Positions 34,473-47,116 are shown, counted from the first letter of the stretch. The stretch is DNA of 64,000 nucleotides from Escherichia coli (GCF_017348835.2 NZ_CP071375.1), one strand, 5' to 3'. A program made the numbers and translations. Notes: generated by a model not told the origin, from the sequence alone.

Positions 34473-35687
34473 TTACCAGTTCCACAGCGTGCCATCTTCC
34501 AGACGTGCGACTGGCAGATAAGCAGGTTCATAGGGATATTTCGCCGCCAGCTTTTCATCGAATTCGATGCCAAGACCCGGTTTGTCTCCCGGATGCATAT
34601 AGCCGTTATCGAAAGTCCAGTTGTGCGGGAAGACTTCGAGCATTTGTTCGGAATAACCCATGTATTCCTGGACACCGAAATTGGGGACCCACAGATCAAA
34701 GTGCAGCGCCGCAGCCATGCAGACTGGTGACAAATCGGAAGGACCGTGTGAGCCAGTACGTACCTGATACAGCGAAGCAAAATCGGCAATCCGGCGCATA
34801 CCGGTAATTCCGCCTGCATGGGTCAGCGTGGTGCGGATATAATCGATAAGTTGCTCTTCAATCAGTTGCTTGCAGTCCCAGATGCTGTTGAAGACTTCAC
34901 CCACTGCGATGGGTGTGACGGTATGTTGGCGAATGAGACGGAAGCATTCCTGGTTTTCCGCAGGCGTCGGGTCTTCCATCCAGAACATGCGATAATCTTC
35001 AATGCTTTTACCAAAGCGCGCCGCTTCAATAGGCGTTAAGCGATGGTGCATGTCATGCAGCAAATGTTCATTAAAACCAAACTTGTTACGTACCGCGTCA
35101 AACAATTTCGGCATGAAATCGAGGTATTTCTCCGTCGACCACAGCTGCTCTTCCGGCCACTGTCCTTTGGTTGCGGGTTCATAAGCCAGACCTTTACCTT
35201 TCGACATGCCGTAGGTGGTTTTCATACCAGGGATTCCGCACTGCACGCGGATGGCTTTGAATCCAAGCTCCTGATGACGGGCATAATCATCCAGAGCTTC
35301 ATCAATACTGTGACCGGTGGTATGGCAATAAACCATCCCCCCTTCACGAGACGCGCCGCCGAGTAACTGGTAAAGCGGCATGTTGGCAGCTTTGGCTTTA
35401 ATATCCCACAGCGCCATATCAACCGCTGAAATGGCCGACATCGTAACCGGACCGCGACGCCAGTAAGCACCTTTATAGAAAAACTGCCAGATATCTTCGA
35501 TACGGTGCGCATCGCGACCAATAAGCTGCGGACAAAGGTGATCCTGCAAATAAGAGGCCACGGAAAGCTCACGTCCATTGAGGGTGGCATCCCCAAGGCC
35601 CGTAATACCGTCCTCAGTGGTGATTTTTAATGTGACGAAATTACGTCCCGGACAGGTAACAAAAACTTCAGCCTTTACGATCTTCAT
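34473..35687 (-). CDS. rspA: Enolase-superfamily mannonate dehydratase RspA
   Basis: 404 aa from [10 protein letters not shown]. Confidence 0.85.
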   Translation of the reverse strand: MKIVKAEVFVTCPGRNFVTLKITTEDGITGLGDATLNGRELSVASYLQDHLCPQLIGRDAHRIEDIWQFFYKGAYWRRGPVTMSAISAVDMALWDIKAKAANMPLYQLLGGASREGGMVYCHTTGHSIDEALDDYARHQELGFKAIRVQCGIPGMKTTYGMSKGKGLAYEPATKGQWPEEQLWSTEKYLDFMPKLFDAVRNKFGFNEHLLHDMHHRLTPIEAARFGKSIEDYRMFWMEDPTPAENQECFRLIRQHTVTPIAVGEVFNSIWDCKQLIEEQLIDYIRTTLTHAGGITGMRRIADFASLYQVRTGSHGPSDLSPVCMAAALHFDLWVPNFGVQEYMGYSEQMLEVFPHNWTFDNGYMHPGDKPGLGIEFDEKLAAKYPYEPAYLPVARLEDGTLWNW

Positions 35688-35892
35688 GTTCGATTCCTTG
35701 CATCGCTTGTCGTGATGCATGAAATCTACGCAACTGAGCTACTACCATACAAGTATGAAGATCGAAAAAAGCCGGAGTGATCGCAAAAAAAGGCGTATAT
35801 TTGCGCTGTGAATGGTTGACAAAAGATGAAATAGAATACCTTTTGTCAGCTGACACTTCCTCGTATCTTATTGATAAAATGGATTTATGTTC

Positions 35893-36219
35893 CTACGTGC
35901 GCCCCCAGCCCGCAACAATGATCAACATGCCGCAAAGCGCAATCAACGCCCCCGTCCAGTCATAAAGAGTCAGTTTCACGCCATCCACAACGCGCAGCCA
36001 AATCAACGCAGTGCAGACATAAACGCCACCATAAGCCGCGTAAACACGCCCACTCGCCGCAGGATGCAACGTTAACAACCAGACAAACAGCGCCAGTGAA
36101 ATTCCCGCCGGAAGCAACAGCCAGATACTGGCGTTTCGTTTTAACCACAACCAGGGCAGAAAGCATCCAATAATTTCACACAGCGCAGTAGCAAAAAATA
36201 GTAACGTTGTTTTAATCAT
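35893..36219 (-). CDS. ynfA: UPF0060 small membrane protein
   Basis: 108 aa, 4-TM-like profile. Confidence 0.8.
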   Translation of the reverse strand: MIKTTLLFFATALCEIIGCFLPWLWLKRNASIWLLLPAGISLALFVWLLTLHPAASGRVYAAYGGVYVCTALIWLRVVDGVKLTLYDWTGALIALCGMLIIVAGWGRT

Positions 36220-36353
36220 CTTTGTCTCTTATTGACATCATGTATAGTTATAGGGCGACATAATATCATCAATATAAACACCCTCCTGGTACGTTTTGCG
36301 TTCGCAGTGGATGGTGTAGAATCACCTTTAATCATTCATACAGGGAATGAATT

Positions 36354-36695
36354 ATGAAAATCACTCTCAGCAAACGAATCGGCCTGCTCGCTTTTCTGCT
36401 GCCTTGCGCACTGGCATTGAGCACAACTGTTCATGCCGAAACTAACAAACTGGTGATTGAGTCTGGCGACAGTGCACAAAGCCGCCAGCACGCCGCTATG
36501 GAAAAAGAGCAATGGAATGACACGCGCAATCTGCGCCAGAAAGTGAATAAACGCACTGAAAAAGAGTGGGATAAAGCCGACGCCGCTTTTGATAACCGCG
36601 ATAAATGTGAGCAAAGCGCCAACATCAATGCCTACTGGGAGCCCAATACTTTGCGCTGCCTGGACCGTCGAACTGGCCGCGTTATTACCCCCTAA
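36354..36695 (+). CDS. ynfB: Secreted protein YnfB
   Basis: 113 aa with signal peptide. Confidence 0.75.
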
Positions 36696-36729
36696 CCTGT
36701 TATTGATTTAAGGAATGTAAGGACACGTT

Positions 36730-37290
36730 ATGCCAAGCGCCCACAGTGTTAAGCTACGCCCGCTGGAGCGTGAAGATTTACGCTATGTACATCAACTCGA
36801 CAATAACGCCAGTGTGATGCGTTACTGGTTTGAGGAACCCTACGAAGCCTTTGTTGAACTCTCTGATCTGTATGATAAGCATATTCACGATCAGAGCGAA
36901 CGGCGCTTTGTGGTGGAATGTGACGGCGAAAAAGCCGGTCTGGTGGAGCTGGTGGAAATTAACCATGTTCATCGCCGCGCAGAATTTCAGATAATTATCT
37001 CCCCGGAGTATCAGGGGAAAGGTCTGGCAACCCGTGCCGCCAAATTAGCAATGGACTATGGCTTCACCGTTCTCAATCTCTATAAGCTGTATCTGATCGT
37101 TGATAAAGAGAATGAAAAAGCGATTCACATTTACCGCAAGCTTGGCTTTTCGGTTGAAGGTGAATTGATGCACGAGTTCTTTATTAATGGTCAATATCGT
37201 AATGCCATTCGCATGTGTATATTCCAGCATCAGTATCTGGCAGAGCACAAAACACCGGGTCAGACTCTCCTGAAGCCGACCGCACAATAG
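36730..37290 (+). CDS. speG: Spermidine N1-acetyltransferase
   Basis: 186 aa GNAT-family sequence. Confidence 0.9.
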   Translation: MPSAHSVKLRPLEREDLRYVHQLDNNASVMRYWFEEPYEAFVELSDLYDKHIHDQSERRFVVECDGEKAGLVELVEINHVHRRAEFQIIISPEYQGKGLATRAAKLAMDYGFTVLNLYKLYLIVDKENEKAIHIYRKLGFSVEGELMHEFFINGQYRNAIRMCIFQHQYLAEHKTPGQTLLKPTAQ

Positions 37291-37292
37291 CA

Positions 37293-38039
37293 TTAATAAT
37301 AATCGATTGTATTTTTGATGGTGTAAACCCGTTCAACGGCGGGTTTTACTCCTTCATCAACAATGATCAGCTGACAGTCCACCGGATTGGCGTGACTGTC
37401 ATATTCACAGCTCTGTTTTACATTACCAACTCGTTGATTATTCAGTAAAGTAACCGCTGTGTAATCTAATTTTTTGATCGGGTCCGTTGATGGCGTGGCG
37501 CTGACAGATAATGTTTTGTCGTTACTTTTCGTGGTTTTACCCAGTGGATAACCCTGATCATCATAGCGATATTCCATCTGCATTTGTTTGCTGCTGGCTT
37601 TAATCACGAAGCCATTATCATCGGTTTCCCAACTCACCCCGGCAGAAGGTAATTCTGCTAGCTGGCATTTTCCCTGTAAACGTACTCTCTTCTCCAGCGT
37701 CTCGGCATCACGGTAATAATTGGCGTCCAGTACCAGAGCGACCACGGTATTATTTTCCAGATCCAGTAATTCGAGTGAATCAAAACAGCCTTCTTCCGAC
37801 AAAGTCCCCGAAACACGTTTCGTCACTTCACCTTGCTCATCCATTAATGTCTGAGTGAAATCTTTTACCGGACCACGCAGCGGATCAAAATCGAATTCAT
37901 TAGAGAAACTGGCCATCTCAGGAGTAAATGAAAGTGTTACCTCTGTGCGGTCACATCCTGTGAGGAATATCGCGAGTAAGCATGGTAGTAATTTGTATTT
38001 CACAACAGTCACCAGAGAGTAGAGATGATTCTCAATCAT
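37293..38039 (-). CDS. ynfC: Lipoprotein YnfC
   Basis: Lipobox LTGC; the true start may be a GTG downstream of the ORF-track Met. Confidence 0.7.
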   Translation of the reverse strand: MIENHLYSLVTVVKYKLLPCLLAIFLTGCDRTEVTLSFTPEMASFSNEFDFDPLRGPVKDFTQTLMDEQGEVTKRVSGTLSEEGCFDSLELLDLENNTVVALVLDANYYRDAETLEKRVRLQGKCQLAELPSAGVSWETDDNGFVIKASSKQMQMEYRYDDQGYPLGKTTKSNDKTLSVSATPSTDPIKKLDYTAVTLLNNQRVGNVKQSCEYDSHANPVDCQLIIVDEGVKPAVERVYTIKNTIDYY

Positions 38040-38107
38040 AGTAGCAAATACAGTACTTTACACGTTAAATGCTATGCTTAAAGAAGTTATCTTCGCGTAA
38101 GGAGCTT

Positions 38108-38416
38108 ATGATGAAACTCTCAACCTGCTGTGCCGCGCTTCTGCTCGCCCTCGCCTCACCCGCGGTACTTGCCGCGCCGGGATCCTGTGAGCGCATACAG
38201 AGCGATATATCACAGCGCATTATCAATAATGGCGTACCCGAAAGCAGCTTCACGTTAAGTATTGTACCCAATGACCAGGTTGATCAGCCTGATTCCCAGG
38301 TCGTCGGGCATTGTGCTAATGATACGCATAAAATTCTCTACACCCGCACCACCAGCGGTAACGTCTCTGCTCCCGCGCAGTCTACCCAGGATGGCGCGCC
38401 TGCCGAACCGCAGTAA
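38108..38416 (+). CDS. ynfD: Secreted small protein YnfD
   Basis: Signal peptide; start at MMKLST. Confidence 0.7.
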   Translation: MMKLSTCCAALLLALASPAVLAAPGSCERIQSDISQRIINNGVPESSFTLSIVPNDQVDQPDSQVVGHCANDTHKILYTRTTSGNVSAPAQSTQDGAPAEPQ

Positions 38417-38614
38417 CACATTATCGACTGAACGCCGGATATGACACATCCGGCGATTTGAACATACAACATAATCCCACCATATTACTCATACCCTTCT
38501 ATTGATGTGGATTAATAATTCTTAACCCAAAATGGGTAGACTCCCTCTATTGTTAGCGCGCTAAATATTCAATATATAAACATTTATATAACGATAAAGA
38601 ACAGGGAGTGAGTT

Positions 38615-41041
38615 ATGTCCAAAAATGAACGAATGGTGGGCATCAGCCGCAGAACACTCGTTAAATCTACCGCGATAGGTTCTCTGGCGCTGGCTGCAGG
38701 CGGTTTTTCTTTGCCGTTTACCCTGCGCAGTGCAGCAGCAGCGGTACAACAGGCCCGCGAAAAAGTGGTCTGGGGTGCCTGTTCCGTCAACTGTGGTAGC
38801 CGCTGTGCACTTCGTCTACATGTTAAAGATAATGAAGTGACCTGGGTGGAAACTGACAATACCGGCAGCGATGAGTACGGCAACCATCAGGTACGCGCCT
38901 GTTTGCGCGGTCGCTCCATCCGCCGGCGTATTAATCATCCCGATCGCTTGAATTACCCAATGAAACGCGTGGGTAAACGCGGTGAAGGCAAATTCGAACG
39001 GATTAGCTGGGATGAAGCCCTGGATACTATCGCCAGTAGCCTGAAGAAAACCGTCGAACAATATGGCAATGAGGCTGTATATATTCAGTACTCTTCGGGG
39101 ATCGTTGGCGGCAATATGACCCGCTCTTCGCCATCAGCCTCGGCGGTCAAACGCCTGATGAACTGCTACGGCGGTTCACTCAATCAGTATGGTTCCTACA
39201 GCACCGCACAAATTTCCTGTGCCATGCCCTACACCTACGGCAGTAATGATGGCAACAGCACCACGGATATTGAAAACAGCAAGCTGGTCGTGATGTTTGG
39301 TAACAACCCGGCAGAAACCCGCATGAGCGGCGGTGGCATCACTTATCTTCTTGAAAAAGCGCGCGAGAAATCGAACGCCAAAATGATTGTTATCGATCCG
39401 CGATATACCGATACGGCTGCTGGTCGTGAAGATGAATGGCTTCCTATTCGCCCGGGCACCGATGCCGCGCTGGTTGCGGGGATTGCCTGGGTATTGATTA
39501 ACGAAAATCTCGTTGATCAACCTTTTCTCGATAAATACTGCGTCGGCTATGACGAAAAAACCTTACCCGCAGATGCACCCAAAAATGGTCACTATAAAGC
39601 CTATATTCTTGGTGAAGGTGACGATAAAACAGCGAAAACGCCGCAGTGGGCTTCGCAAATTACCGGTATCCCGGTGGACCGTATCATCAAACTGGCGCGT
39701 GAAATTGGCACAGCAAAACCCGCTTATATCTGCCAGGGCTGGGGGCCGCAACGCCAGGCAAACGGCGAGCTGACTGCACGCGCTATTGCTATGTTGCCTA
39801 TTTTGACGGGCAATGTCGGCATCAGCGGCGGAAATAGTGGCGCGCGTGAGTCGACCTATACCATTACCATAGAGCGACTGCCGGTGCTGGATAATCCGGT
39901 CAAAACGTCAATTTCCTGCTTCAGCTGGACAGATGCTATCGATCATGGTCCGCAAATGACGGCAATCCGCGACGGCGTCCGCGGCAAAGATAAACTGGAT
40001 GTACCCATTAAGTTCATCTGGAACTACGCGGGAAATACCCTGGTTAATCAGCATTCTGACATCAACAAAACGCATGAAATTCTGCAAGACGAATCGAAAT
40101 GCGAAATGATTGTGGTCATCGAAAACTTTATGACCTCATCGGCAAAATATGCCGACATTCTGCTGCCAGACCTGATGACCGTTGAGCAGGAAGATATTAT
40201 TCCTAACGACTACGCCGGTAACATGGGATATCTCATTTTCCTCCAGCCAGTCACCAGCGAAAAATTCGAACGTAAACCGATTTACTGGATCCTGAGTGAA
40301 GTCGCGAAACGTCTTGGACCTGACGTCTATCAAAAGTTCACTGAAGGTCGCACGCAGGAACAATGGTTACAACATCTGTACGCCAAAATGCTTGCCAAAG
40401 ATCCGGCGTTACCATCTTACGACGAACTGAAAAAAATGGGTATCTATAAGCGTAAAGATCCCAATGGTCATTTTGTCGCCTACAAAGCATTTCGTGACGA
40501 CCCCGAGGCAAATCCACTTAAAACACCTTCCGGTAAGATTGAAATTTATTCCAGCAGGCTGGCGGAAATTGCCCGTACCTGGGAACTGGAAAAAGATGAA
40601 GTGATAAGCCCACTGCCAGTTTATGCCTCTACCTTTGAAGGCTGGGACTCACCTGAACGTAGAACCTTCCCACTGCAACTGTTTGGTTTCCATTACAAAT
40701 CCCGTACTCACTCGACCTACGGCAACATTGATGTCCTGAAAGCAGCCTGCCGTCAGGAGGTGTGGATCAACCCTATAGATGCACAGAAACGTGGGATTGC
40801 CAACGGCGATATGGTGCGGGTGTTTAACCATCGTGGCGAAGTTCGGCTACCAGCCAAAGTGACACCACGTATTCTCCCTGGAGTTAGCGCTATGGGCCAG
40901 GGAGCCTGGCACGAGGCCAATATGTCTGGCGATAAAATCGACCATGGAGGCTGTGTGAATACGCTAACCACTCTGCGCCCTTCACCACTGGCGAAGGGAA
41001 ACCCGCAGCACACGAATCTGGTCGAGATCGAAAAAATATAA
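38615..41041 (+). CDS. ynfE: Molybdopterin oxidoreductase catalytic subunit (DMSO/selenate-reductase paralogue)
   Basis: 808 aa; twin-arginine signal (SRRTLVKS); N-terminal Cys cluster. Confidence 0.85.
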   Translation: MSKNERMVGISRRTLVKSTAIGSLALAAGGFSLPFTLRSAAAAVQQAREKVVWGACSVNCGSRCALRLHVKDNEVTWVETDNTGSDEYGNHQVRACLRGRSIRRRINHPDRLNYPMKRVGKRGEGKFERISWDEALDTIASSLKKTVEQYGNEAVYIQYSSGIVGGNMTRSSPSASAVKRLMNCYGGSLNQYGSYSTAQISCAMPYTYGSNDGNSTTDIENSKLVVMFGNNPAETRMSGGGITYLLEKAREKSNAKMIVIDPRYTDTAAGREDEWLPIRPGTDAALVAGIAWVLINENLVDQPFLDKYCVGYDEKTLPADAPKNGHYKAYILGEGDDKTAKTPQWASQITGIPVDRIIKLAREIGTAKPAYICQGWGPQRQANGELTARAIAMLPILTGNVGISGGNSGARESTYTITIERLPVLDNPVKTSISCFSWTDAIDHGPQMTAIRDGVRGKDKLDVPIKFIWNYAGNTLVNQHSDINKTHEILQDESKCEMIVVIENFMTSSAKYADILLPDLMTVEQEDIIPNDYAGNMGYLIFLQPVTSEKFERKPIYWILSEVAKRLGPDVYQKFTEGRTQEQWLQHLYAKMLAKDPALPSYDELKKMGIYKRKDPNGHFVAYKAFRDDPEANPLKTPSGKIEIYSSRLAEIARTWELEKDEVISPLPVYASTFEGWDSPERRTFPLQLFGFHYKSRTHSTYGNIDVLKAACRQEVWINPIDAQKRGIANGDMVRVFNHRGEVRLPAKVTPRILPGVSAMGQGAWHEANMSGDKIDHGGCVNTLTTLRPSPLAKGNPQHTNLVEIEKI

Positions 41042-41098
41042 CCCACGACAACCATAAATTCTGGCATGACATTTTGTTTGAAAAGCAATAAGTGAGTA

Positions 41099-43524
41099 AT
41101 GATGAAAATCCATACCACAGAGGCGCTCATGAAGGCTGAAATCAGCCGTAGAAGTCTGATGAAAACCTCCGCACTTGGCAGTCTTGCGCTGGCAAGCAGT
41201 GCTTTCACTCTGCCATTTTCCCAAATGGTCCGGGCGGCAGAGGCTCCGGTAGAAGAGAAAGCGGTCTGGAGTTCCTGCACCGTTAACTGCGGGAGCCGCT
41301 GTCTGTTACGTTTGCATGTGAAAGATGACACCGTGTACTGGGTGGAGTCTGATACGACAGGTGACGACGTCTACGGTAATCATCAGGTTCGAGCGTGTTT
41401 ACGCGGTCGCTCTATCCGCCGACGGATGAATCATCCTGATAGGTTGAAATATCCCATGAAGCGCGTCGGCAAGCGCGGTGAAGGTAAATTTGAACGGATA
41501 AGTTGGAACGAAGCCCTGGATACCATCAGTGATAATCTTCGGCGGATCCTAAAAGATTACGGCAATGAGGCTGTACATGTCCTGTACGGAACAGGTGTAG
41601 ATGGCGGAAACATCACCAACTCAAACGTCCCGTACCGTCTGATGAACTCTTGCGGTGGTTTTCTCAGTCGCTATGGCAGCTACAGTACCGCACAGATCAG
41701 TGCCGCATGAGTTATATGTTCGGTGCCAATGATGGCAACAGCCCGGATGATATCGCCAATACGAAACTGGTCGTTATGTTCGGAAATAACCCGGCAGAAA
41801 CACGGATGAGCGGCGGTGGTGTCACTTACTACGTCGAGCAAGCCCGCGAACGTTCAAACGCACGCATGATCGTCATCGATCCACGTTATAACGACACAGC
41901 TGCCGGGCGTGAAGATGAATGGCTGCCCATTCGCCCTGGCACCGATGGCGCACTGGCCTGTGCGATTGCCTGGGTACTGATTACTGAAAACATGGTCGAA
42001 CAGCCATTTCTCGACAAATATTGTGTTGGTTATGATGAAAAAACGCTGCCCGCCAACGCACCACGTAACGCGCATTATAAAGCCTATATTCTGGGCGAAG
42101 GGCCTGACGGCATAGCTAAAACGCCGGAATGGGCAGCAAAAATCACCAGCATCCCGGCAGAAAAAATTATCCAGTTGGCGCGAGAGATCGGTTCAGCAAA
42201 ACCTGCTTATATTTGTCAGGGTTGGGGGCCACAACGACACTCCAACGGCGAACAAACATCCCGCGCTATTGCCATGCTTTCCGTTCTCACCGGTAACGTC
42301 GGCATAAACGGCGGCAACTCAGGCGTACGCGAAGGTAGCTGGGATCTGGGGGTAGAATGGTTTCCGATGCTCGAGAATCCTGTTAAAACGCAGATTTCCG
42401 TCTTTACATGGACAGATGCCATCGACCATGGTAAGGAAATGACCGCGACCCGTGATGGTGTTCGTGGAAAAGAAAAACTGGATGTCCCCATCAAGTTTTT
42501 ATGGTGCTACGCCAGTAACACATTGATCAATCAACATGGTGACATCAATCACACCCATGAGGTGCTTCAGGATGACAGCAAGTGCGAGATGATTGTTGGC
42601 ATTGACCACTTCATGACTGCCTCGGCTAAGTATTGCGATATCCTGTTGCCCGACCTGATGCCAACAGAGCAAGAAGACCTTATCTCTCATGAATCTGCCG
42701 GGAATATGGGCTATGTGATCCTCGCCCAACCCGCAACCTCAGCAAAATTTGAACGCAAACCCATCTACTGGATGCTGAGTGAAGTCGCCAAACGCTTAGG
42801 ACCGGACGTTTATCAAACCTTTACTGAAGGTCGCAGTCAGCATGAATGGATCAAATATCTCCATGCGAAAACGAAGGAACGTAACCCTGAGATGCCCGAC
42901 TACGAGGAGATGAAAACAACCGGGATCTTTAAGAAAAAATGCCCGGAAGAACACTACGTCGCTTTCCGCGCATTCCGTGAAGATCCACAGGCAAACCCGT
43001 TGAAAACACCTTCGGGGAAAATCGAAATTTATTCTGAACGACTGGCGAAGATTGCAGATACCTGGGAATTGAACAAAGATGAAATTATTCATCCCCTTCC
43101 TGCGTATACCCCAGGTTTTGATGGCTGGGACGATCCCCTGCGGAAAACCTATCCACTGCAGTTAACGGGCTTCCACTACAAAGCGCGTACCCACTCCAGC
43201 TACGGCAATATTGATGTGTTACAGCAGGCCTGCCCACAAGAGGTGTGGATCAACCCCATTGATGCTCAGGCTCGCGGTATCCGTCATGGCGATACCGTAC
43301 GGGTATTTAACAATAATGGAGAAATGCTGATTGCCGCAAAAGTGACTCCGCGTATTCTGCCTGGCGTTACCGCCATCGGGCAAGGTGCGTGGCTTAAAGC
43401 AGATATGTTTGGTGACCGGGTCGATCACGGCGGCAGTATCAATATTCTGACCTCTCACCGCCCTTCACCGCTGGCAAAGGGAAACCCGTCGCACAGCAAT
43501 CTTGTCCAGATCGAAAAGGTTTAA
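41099..43524 (+). pseudogene. ynfF: Second DMSO-reductase-family catalytic subunit, split by a frameshift near 41706
   Basis: ORFs 41099-41710 and 41650-43524 are N- and C-parts of one ynfE paralogue; stop TGA at 41708-41710. Confidence 0.75.
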
Positions 43525-43534
43525 GGAGTAGCCC

Positions 43535-44152
43535 ATGACCACACAATATGGATTTTTTATCGATTCCAGCCGCTGTACTGGCTGTAAAACCTGCGAACTG
43601 GCGTGCAAAGATTTTAAAGATCTTGGCCCGGAAGTCAGTTTCCGCCGTATTTATGAATATGCTGGCGGCGACTGGCAGGAAGATAATGGCGTCTGGCACC
43701 AGAACGTGTTCGCTTATTATCTCTCCATCTCCTGTAACCATTGCGATGACCCCGCATGTACAAAAGTCTGCCCCAGCGGCGCAATGCATAAGCGTGAAGA
43801 TGGCTTTGTGGTGGTTGATGAAGATGTTTGTATCGGCTGCCGCTACTGCCACATGGCTTGTCCGTACGGCGCACCACAGTACAATGCTGAAAAAGGGCAC
43901 ATGACGAAGTGCGATGGTTGTTATTCGCGCGTCGCCGAGGGGAAACAACCCATATGTGTCGAATCCTGCCCGCTGCGTGCACTTGAGTTCGGTCCAATTG
44001 AAGAGCTGCGCCAGAAGCACGGCACTCTTGCTGCCGTCGCGCCACTGCCGCGCGCGCATTTCACAAAACCCAATATCGTTATCAAACCTAACGCCAACAG
44101 CCGCCCGACCGGCGATACCACTGGTTATCTGGCTAATCCGGAGGAAGTGTAA
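43535..44152 (+). CDS. ynfG: Fe-S subunit (4x[4Fe-4S] ferredoxin-like)
   Basis: 205 aa with four Cys clusters. Confidence 0.85.
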   Translation: MTTQYGFFIDSSRCTGCKTCELACKDFKDLGPEVSFRRIYEYAGGDWQEDNGVWHQNVFAYYLSISCNHCDDPACTKVCPSGAMHKREDGFVVVDEDVCIGCRYCHMACPYGAPQYNAEKGHMTKCDGCYSRVAEGKQPICVESCPLRALEFGPIEELRQKHGTLAAVAPLPRAHFTKPNIVIKPNANSRPTGDTTGYLANPEEV

Positions 44153-44153
44153 A

Positions 44154-45008
44154 ATGGGAAATGGATGGCATGAATGGCCACTGGTTATCTTTACCGTATT
44201 GGGTCAATGCGTAGTAGGCGCGCTGATTGTTAGCGGAATTGGCTGGTTCGCCGCCAAAAATGACGCAGACCGTCAGCACATTGTTCGTGGCATGTTTTTC
44301 CTCTGGCTGTTGATGGGCATCGGGTTTATTGCCTCTGTCATGCACCTGGGATCGCCACTGCGGGCGTTTAACTCGCTGAATCGAATCGGAGCTTCTGGTC
44401 TGAGTAACGAGATTGCTGCCGGTTCCATATTTTTTGCCGTTGGCGGACTATGGTGGCTGGTGGCGGTCATCGGTAAAATGCCGCAAGCGTTGGGGAAACT
44501 CTGGTTACTTGTCAGCATGGCGCTCGGCGTCATTTTCGTCTGGATGATGACCTGCGTTTATCAAATCGACACTGTGCCAACCTGGCATAACGGTTACACT
44601 ACGCTGGCTTTCTTCCTGACGGTATTGTTGAGTGGTCCAATACTTGCTGCCGCAATTCTGCGGGCAGCCCGCGTTACATTTAATACCACACCATTTGCCA
44701 TCATTAGCGTTCTGGCGCTGATCGCTTGTGCCGGGGTGATTGTGCTGCAAGGTTTGTCTCTGTCGTCTATTCACTCATCCGTGCAACAAGCCAGCGCACT
44801 GGTACCAGATTACGCCTCCTTACAGGTCTGGCGTGTGGTATTGTTATGCGCAGGTCTAGGATGCTGGCTTTGTCCGCTCATACGTCGCCGTGAACCTCAC
44901 GTTGCCGGACTTATTCTGGGGTTAATCCTCATTCTTGGCGGTGAGATGATCGGGCGTGTGCTCTTTTATGGCCTGCACATGACGGTAGGAATGGCTATTG
45001 CAGGTTAA
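44154..45008 (+). CDS. ynfH: DmsC-like membrane anchor subunit
   Basis: 284 aa from MGNGWHEW; the ORF-track entry is over-extended upstream. Confidence 0.8.
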   Translation: MGNGWHEWPLVIFTVLGQCVVGALIVSGIGWFAAKNDADRQHIVRGMFFLWLLMGIGFIASVMHLGSPLRAFNSLNRIGASGLSNEIAAGSIFFAVGGLWWLVAVIGKMPQALGKLWLLVSMALGVIFVWMMTCVYQIDTVPTWHNGYTTLAFFLTVLLSGPILAAAILRAARVTFNTTPFAIISVLALIACAGVIVLQGLSLSSIHSSVQQASALVPDYASLQVWRVVLLCAGLGCWLCPLIRRREPHVAGLILGLILILGGEMIGRVLFYGLHMTVGMAIAG

Positions 45009-45050
45009 CAAATTGGTGCGGGGCAACCCGCACATTTCAGGATGTTAGGA

Positions 45051-45665
45051 ATGACCCATTTTTCACAGCAAGATAATTTTTCTGTCGCGGCGCGCGTGTT
45101 GGGCGCGCTGTTTTATTACGCTCCAGAGAGTGCTGAAGCCGCACCTCTGGTTGCGGTACTCACCAGTGACGGCTGGGAAACTCAGTGGCCTCTACCAGAA
45201 GCGTCATTAGCGCCGCTGGTGACGGCTTTTCAGACACAGTGTGAAGAGACTCACGCCCAGGCCTGGCAGCGTTTGTTTGTCGGCCCGTGGGCACTGCCGT
45301 CTCCGCCGTGGGGGTCGGTCTGGCTGGATCGCGAATCTGTGCTGTTTGGCGATTCAACATTGGCACTTCGTCAGTGGATGCGCGAGAAAGGCATTCAGTT
45401 TGAAATGAAGCAAAACGAACCGGAAGATCATTTTGGTTCACTGCTGTTGATGGCTGCGTGGTTGGCGGAGAATGGTCGCCAGACAGAATGCGAAGAATTG
45501 CTGGCATGGCACCTTTTTCCGTGGTCAACACGTTTTCTTGATGTTTTTATCGAAAAAGCAGAACACCCTTTCTACCGTGCACTGGGTGAACTGGCTCGCT
45601 TAACGCTGGCGCAATGGCAATCACAACTGTTAATTCCTGTCGCGGTTAAACCGCTGTTTCGATAG
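45051..45665 (+). CDS. dmsD: Tat proofreading chaperone DmsD
   Basis: 204 aa from MTHFSQQDNF. Confidence 0.85.
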   Translation: MTHFSQQDNFSVAARVLGALFYYAPESAEAAPLVAVLTSDGWETQWPLPEASLAPLVTAFQTQCEETHAQAWQRLFVGPWALPSPPWGSVWLDRESVLFGDSTLALRQWMREKGIQFEMKQNEPEDHFGSLLLMAAWLAENGRQTECEELLAWHLFPWSTRFLDVFIEKAEHPFYRALGELARLTLAQWQSQLLIPVAVKPLFR

Positions 45666-45859
45666 GATCACCGTAATATTGCCGGATGGTGACGATTACG
45701 CGCAATCCGGCAATAATAGGTTACAGTGTCACGTTTTTTTATCTCTTAAAGCACGCACTGCTTTTGCGGCTGGCCTCTTTTGCCGCAAAATAGTCGCCCG
45801 TGTTTCATTGCCCATTTCTGCTCATGCATCATCTACACATCTATCCGGATCTGCGCACT

Positions 45860-47116
45860 ATGTTCCGCCGTCTGCTTATCGCAACAGTCGTCGGTATTCT
45901 CGCGGCCTTTGCCGTTGCCGGGTTTCGTCATGCGATGCTGCTACTGGAGTGGTTATTCCTCAATAATGACTCCGGCAGTCTGGTCAATGCAGCGACAAAC
46001 CTTTCCCCCTGGCGACGGCTGCTAACTCCGGCGCTCGGCGGACTGGCGGCGGGTTTGTTGCTGATGGGCTGGCAGAAATTTACCCAGCAACGCCCTCATG
46101 CGCCGACCGATTATATGGAAGCGTTGCAAACCGAGGGTCAGTTTGATTACGCAGCAAGCCTGGTTAAATCGCTTGCCTCTCTGCTGGTAGTAACCAGCGG
46201 CAGTGCAATTGGTCGCGAAGGTGCGATGATTCTTTTAGCTGCCCTTGCCGCCTCCTGTTTTGCCCAACGTTTTACGCCACGCCAGGAGTGGAAATTATGG
46301 ATCGCCTGTGGGGCCGCGGCGGGAATGGCTGCGGCCTATCGTGCCCCGCTTGCTGGCAGTTTATTTATAGCCGAAGTGCTGTTTGGCACTATGATGTTGG
46401 CCTCTCTCGGCCCGGTGATTATTTCCGCCGTCGTGGCATTGCTGGTTAGCAATCTGATTAATCATAGCGACGCGTTACTCTACAGCGTACAACTCTCAGT
46501 GACGGTTCAGGCTCGTGACTATGCGCTGATTATCAGTACAGGTGTGCTGGCAGGTCTGTGCGGACCACTGTTGTTAACGTTAATGAACGCCTGTCATCGT
46601 GGATTTGTGAGTCTCAAACTTGCGCCGCCCTGGCAACTGGCACTAGGCGGGTTGATCGTGGGTCTGCTTTCCCTGTTCACACCTGCAGTGTGGGGCAACG
46701 GCTATAGCACCGTACAATCCTTTTTAACCGCCCCGCCACTGTTAATGATCATTGCCGGGATCTTCCTTTGTAAACTGTGTGCCGTGCTGGCGAGTAGCGG
46801 TTCCGGCGCACCCGGTGGTGTCTTTACACCGACGCTATTTATCGGTCTTGCCATTGGCATGTTGTATGGTCGTAGCCTGGGATTATGGTTCCCTGATGGC
46901 GAAGAAATTACGCTTTTACTCGGATTGACCGGGATGGCGACACTGTTGGCGGCAACCACGCACGCGCCGATTATGTCGACGTTGATGATATGTGAAATGA
47001 CCGGGGAGTATCAGCTACTCCCCGGTTTATTGATTGCCTGCGTAATTGCGTCGGTAATCTCGCGGACGTTACACCGTGACTCTATCTACCGCCAGCACAC
47101 TGCGCAGCATAGCTAA
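45860..47116 (+). CDS. clcB: ClC-family voltage-gated chloride channel
   Basis: GREG-type selectivity motif ([11 protein letters not shown]); start taken at MFRRLL. Confidence 0.8.
   Translation: MFRRLLIATVVGILAAFAVAGFRHAMLLLEWLFLNNDSGSLVNAATNLSPWRRLLTPALGGLAAGLLLMGWQKFTQQRPHAPTDYMEALQTEGQFDYAASLVKSLASLLVVTSGSAIGREGAMILLAALAASCFAQRFTPRQEWKLWIACGAAAGMAAAYRAPLAGSLFIAEVLFGTMMLASLGPVIISAVVALLVSNLINHSDALLYSVQLSVTVQARDYALIISTGVLAGLCGPLLLTLMNACHRGFVSLKLAPPWQLALGGLIVGLLSLFTPAVWGNGYSTVQSFLTAPPLLMIIAGIFLCKLCAVLASSGSGAPGGVFTPTLFIGLAIGMLYGRSLGLWFPDGEEITLLLGLTGMATLLAATTHAPIMSTLMICEMTGEYQLLPGLLIACVIASVISRTLHRDSIYRQHTAQHS

Noticed and set aside
43914-44153. 5' extension of the ynfH ORF (364 aa in the ORF track)
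   Set aside because: The extension overlaps the ynfG 3' end in another frame; the start at MGNGWHEW directly after the ynfG stop gives the expected ~284 aa membrane protein.
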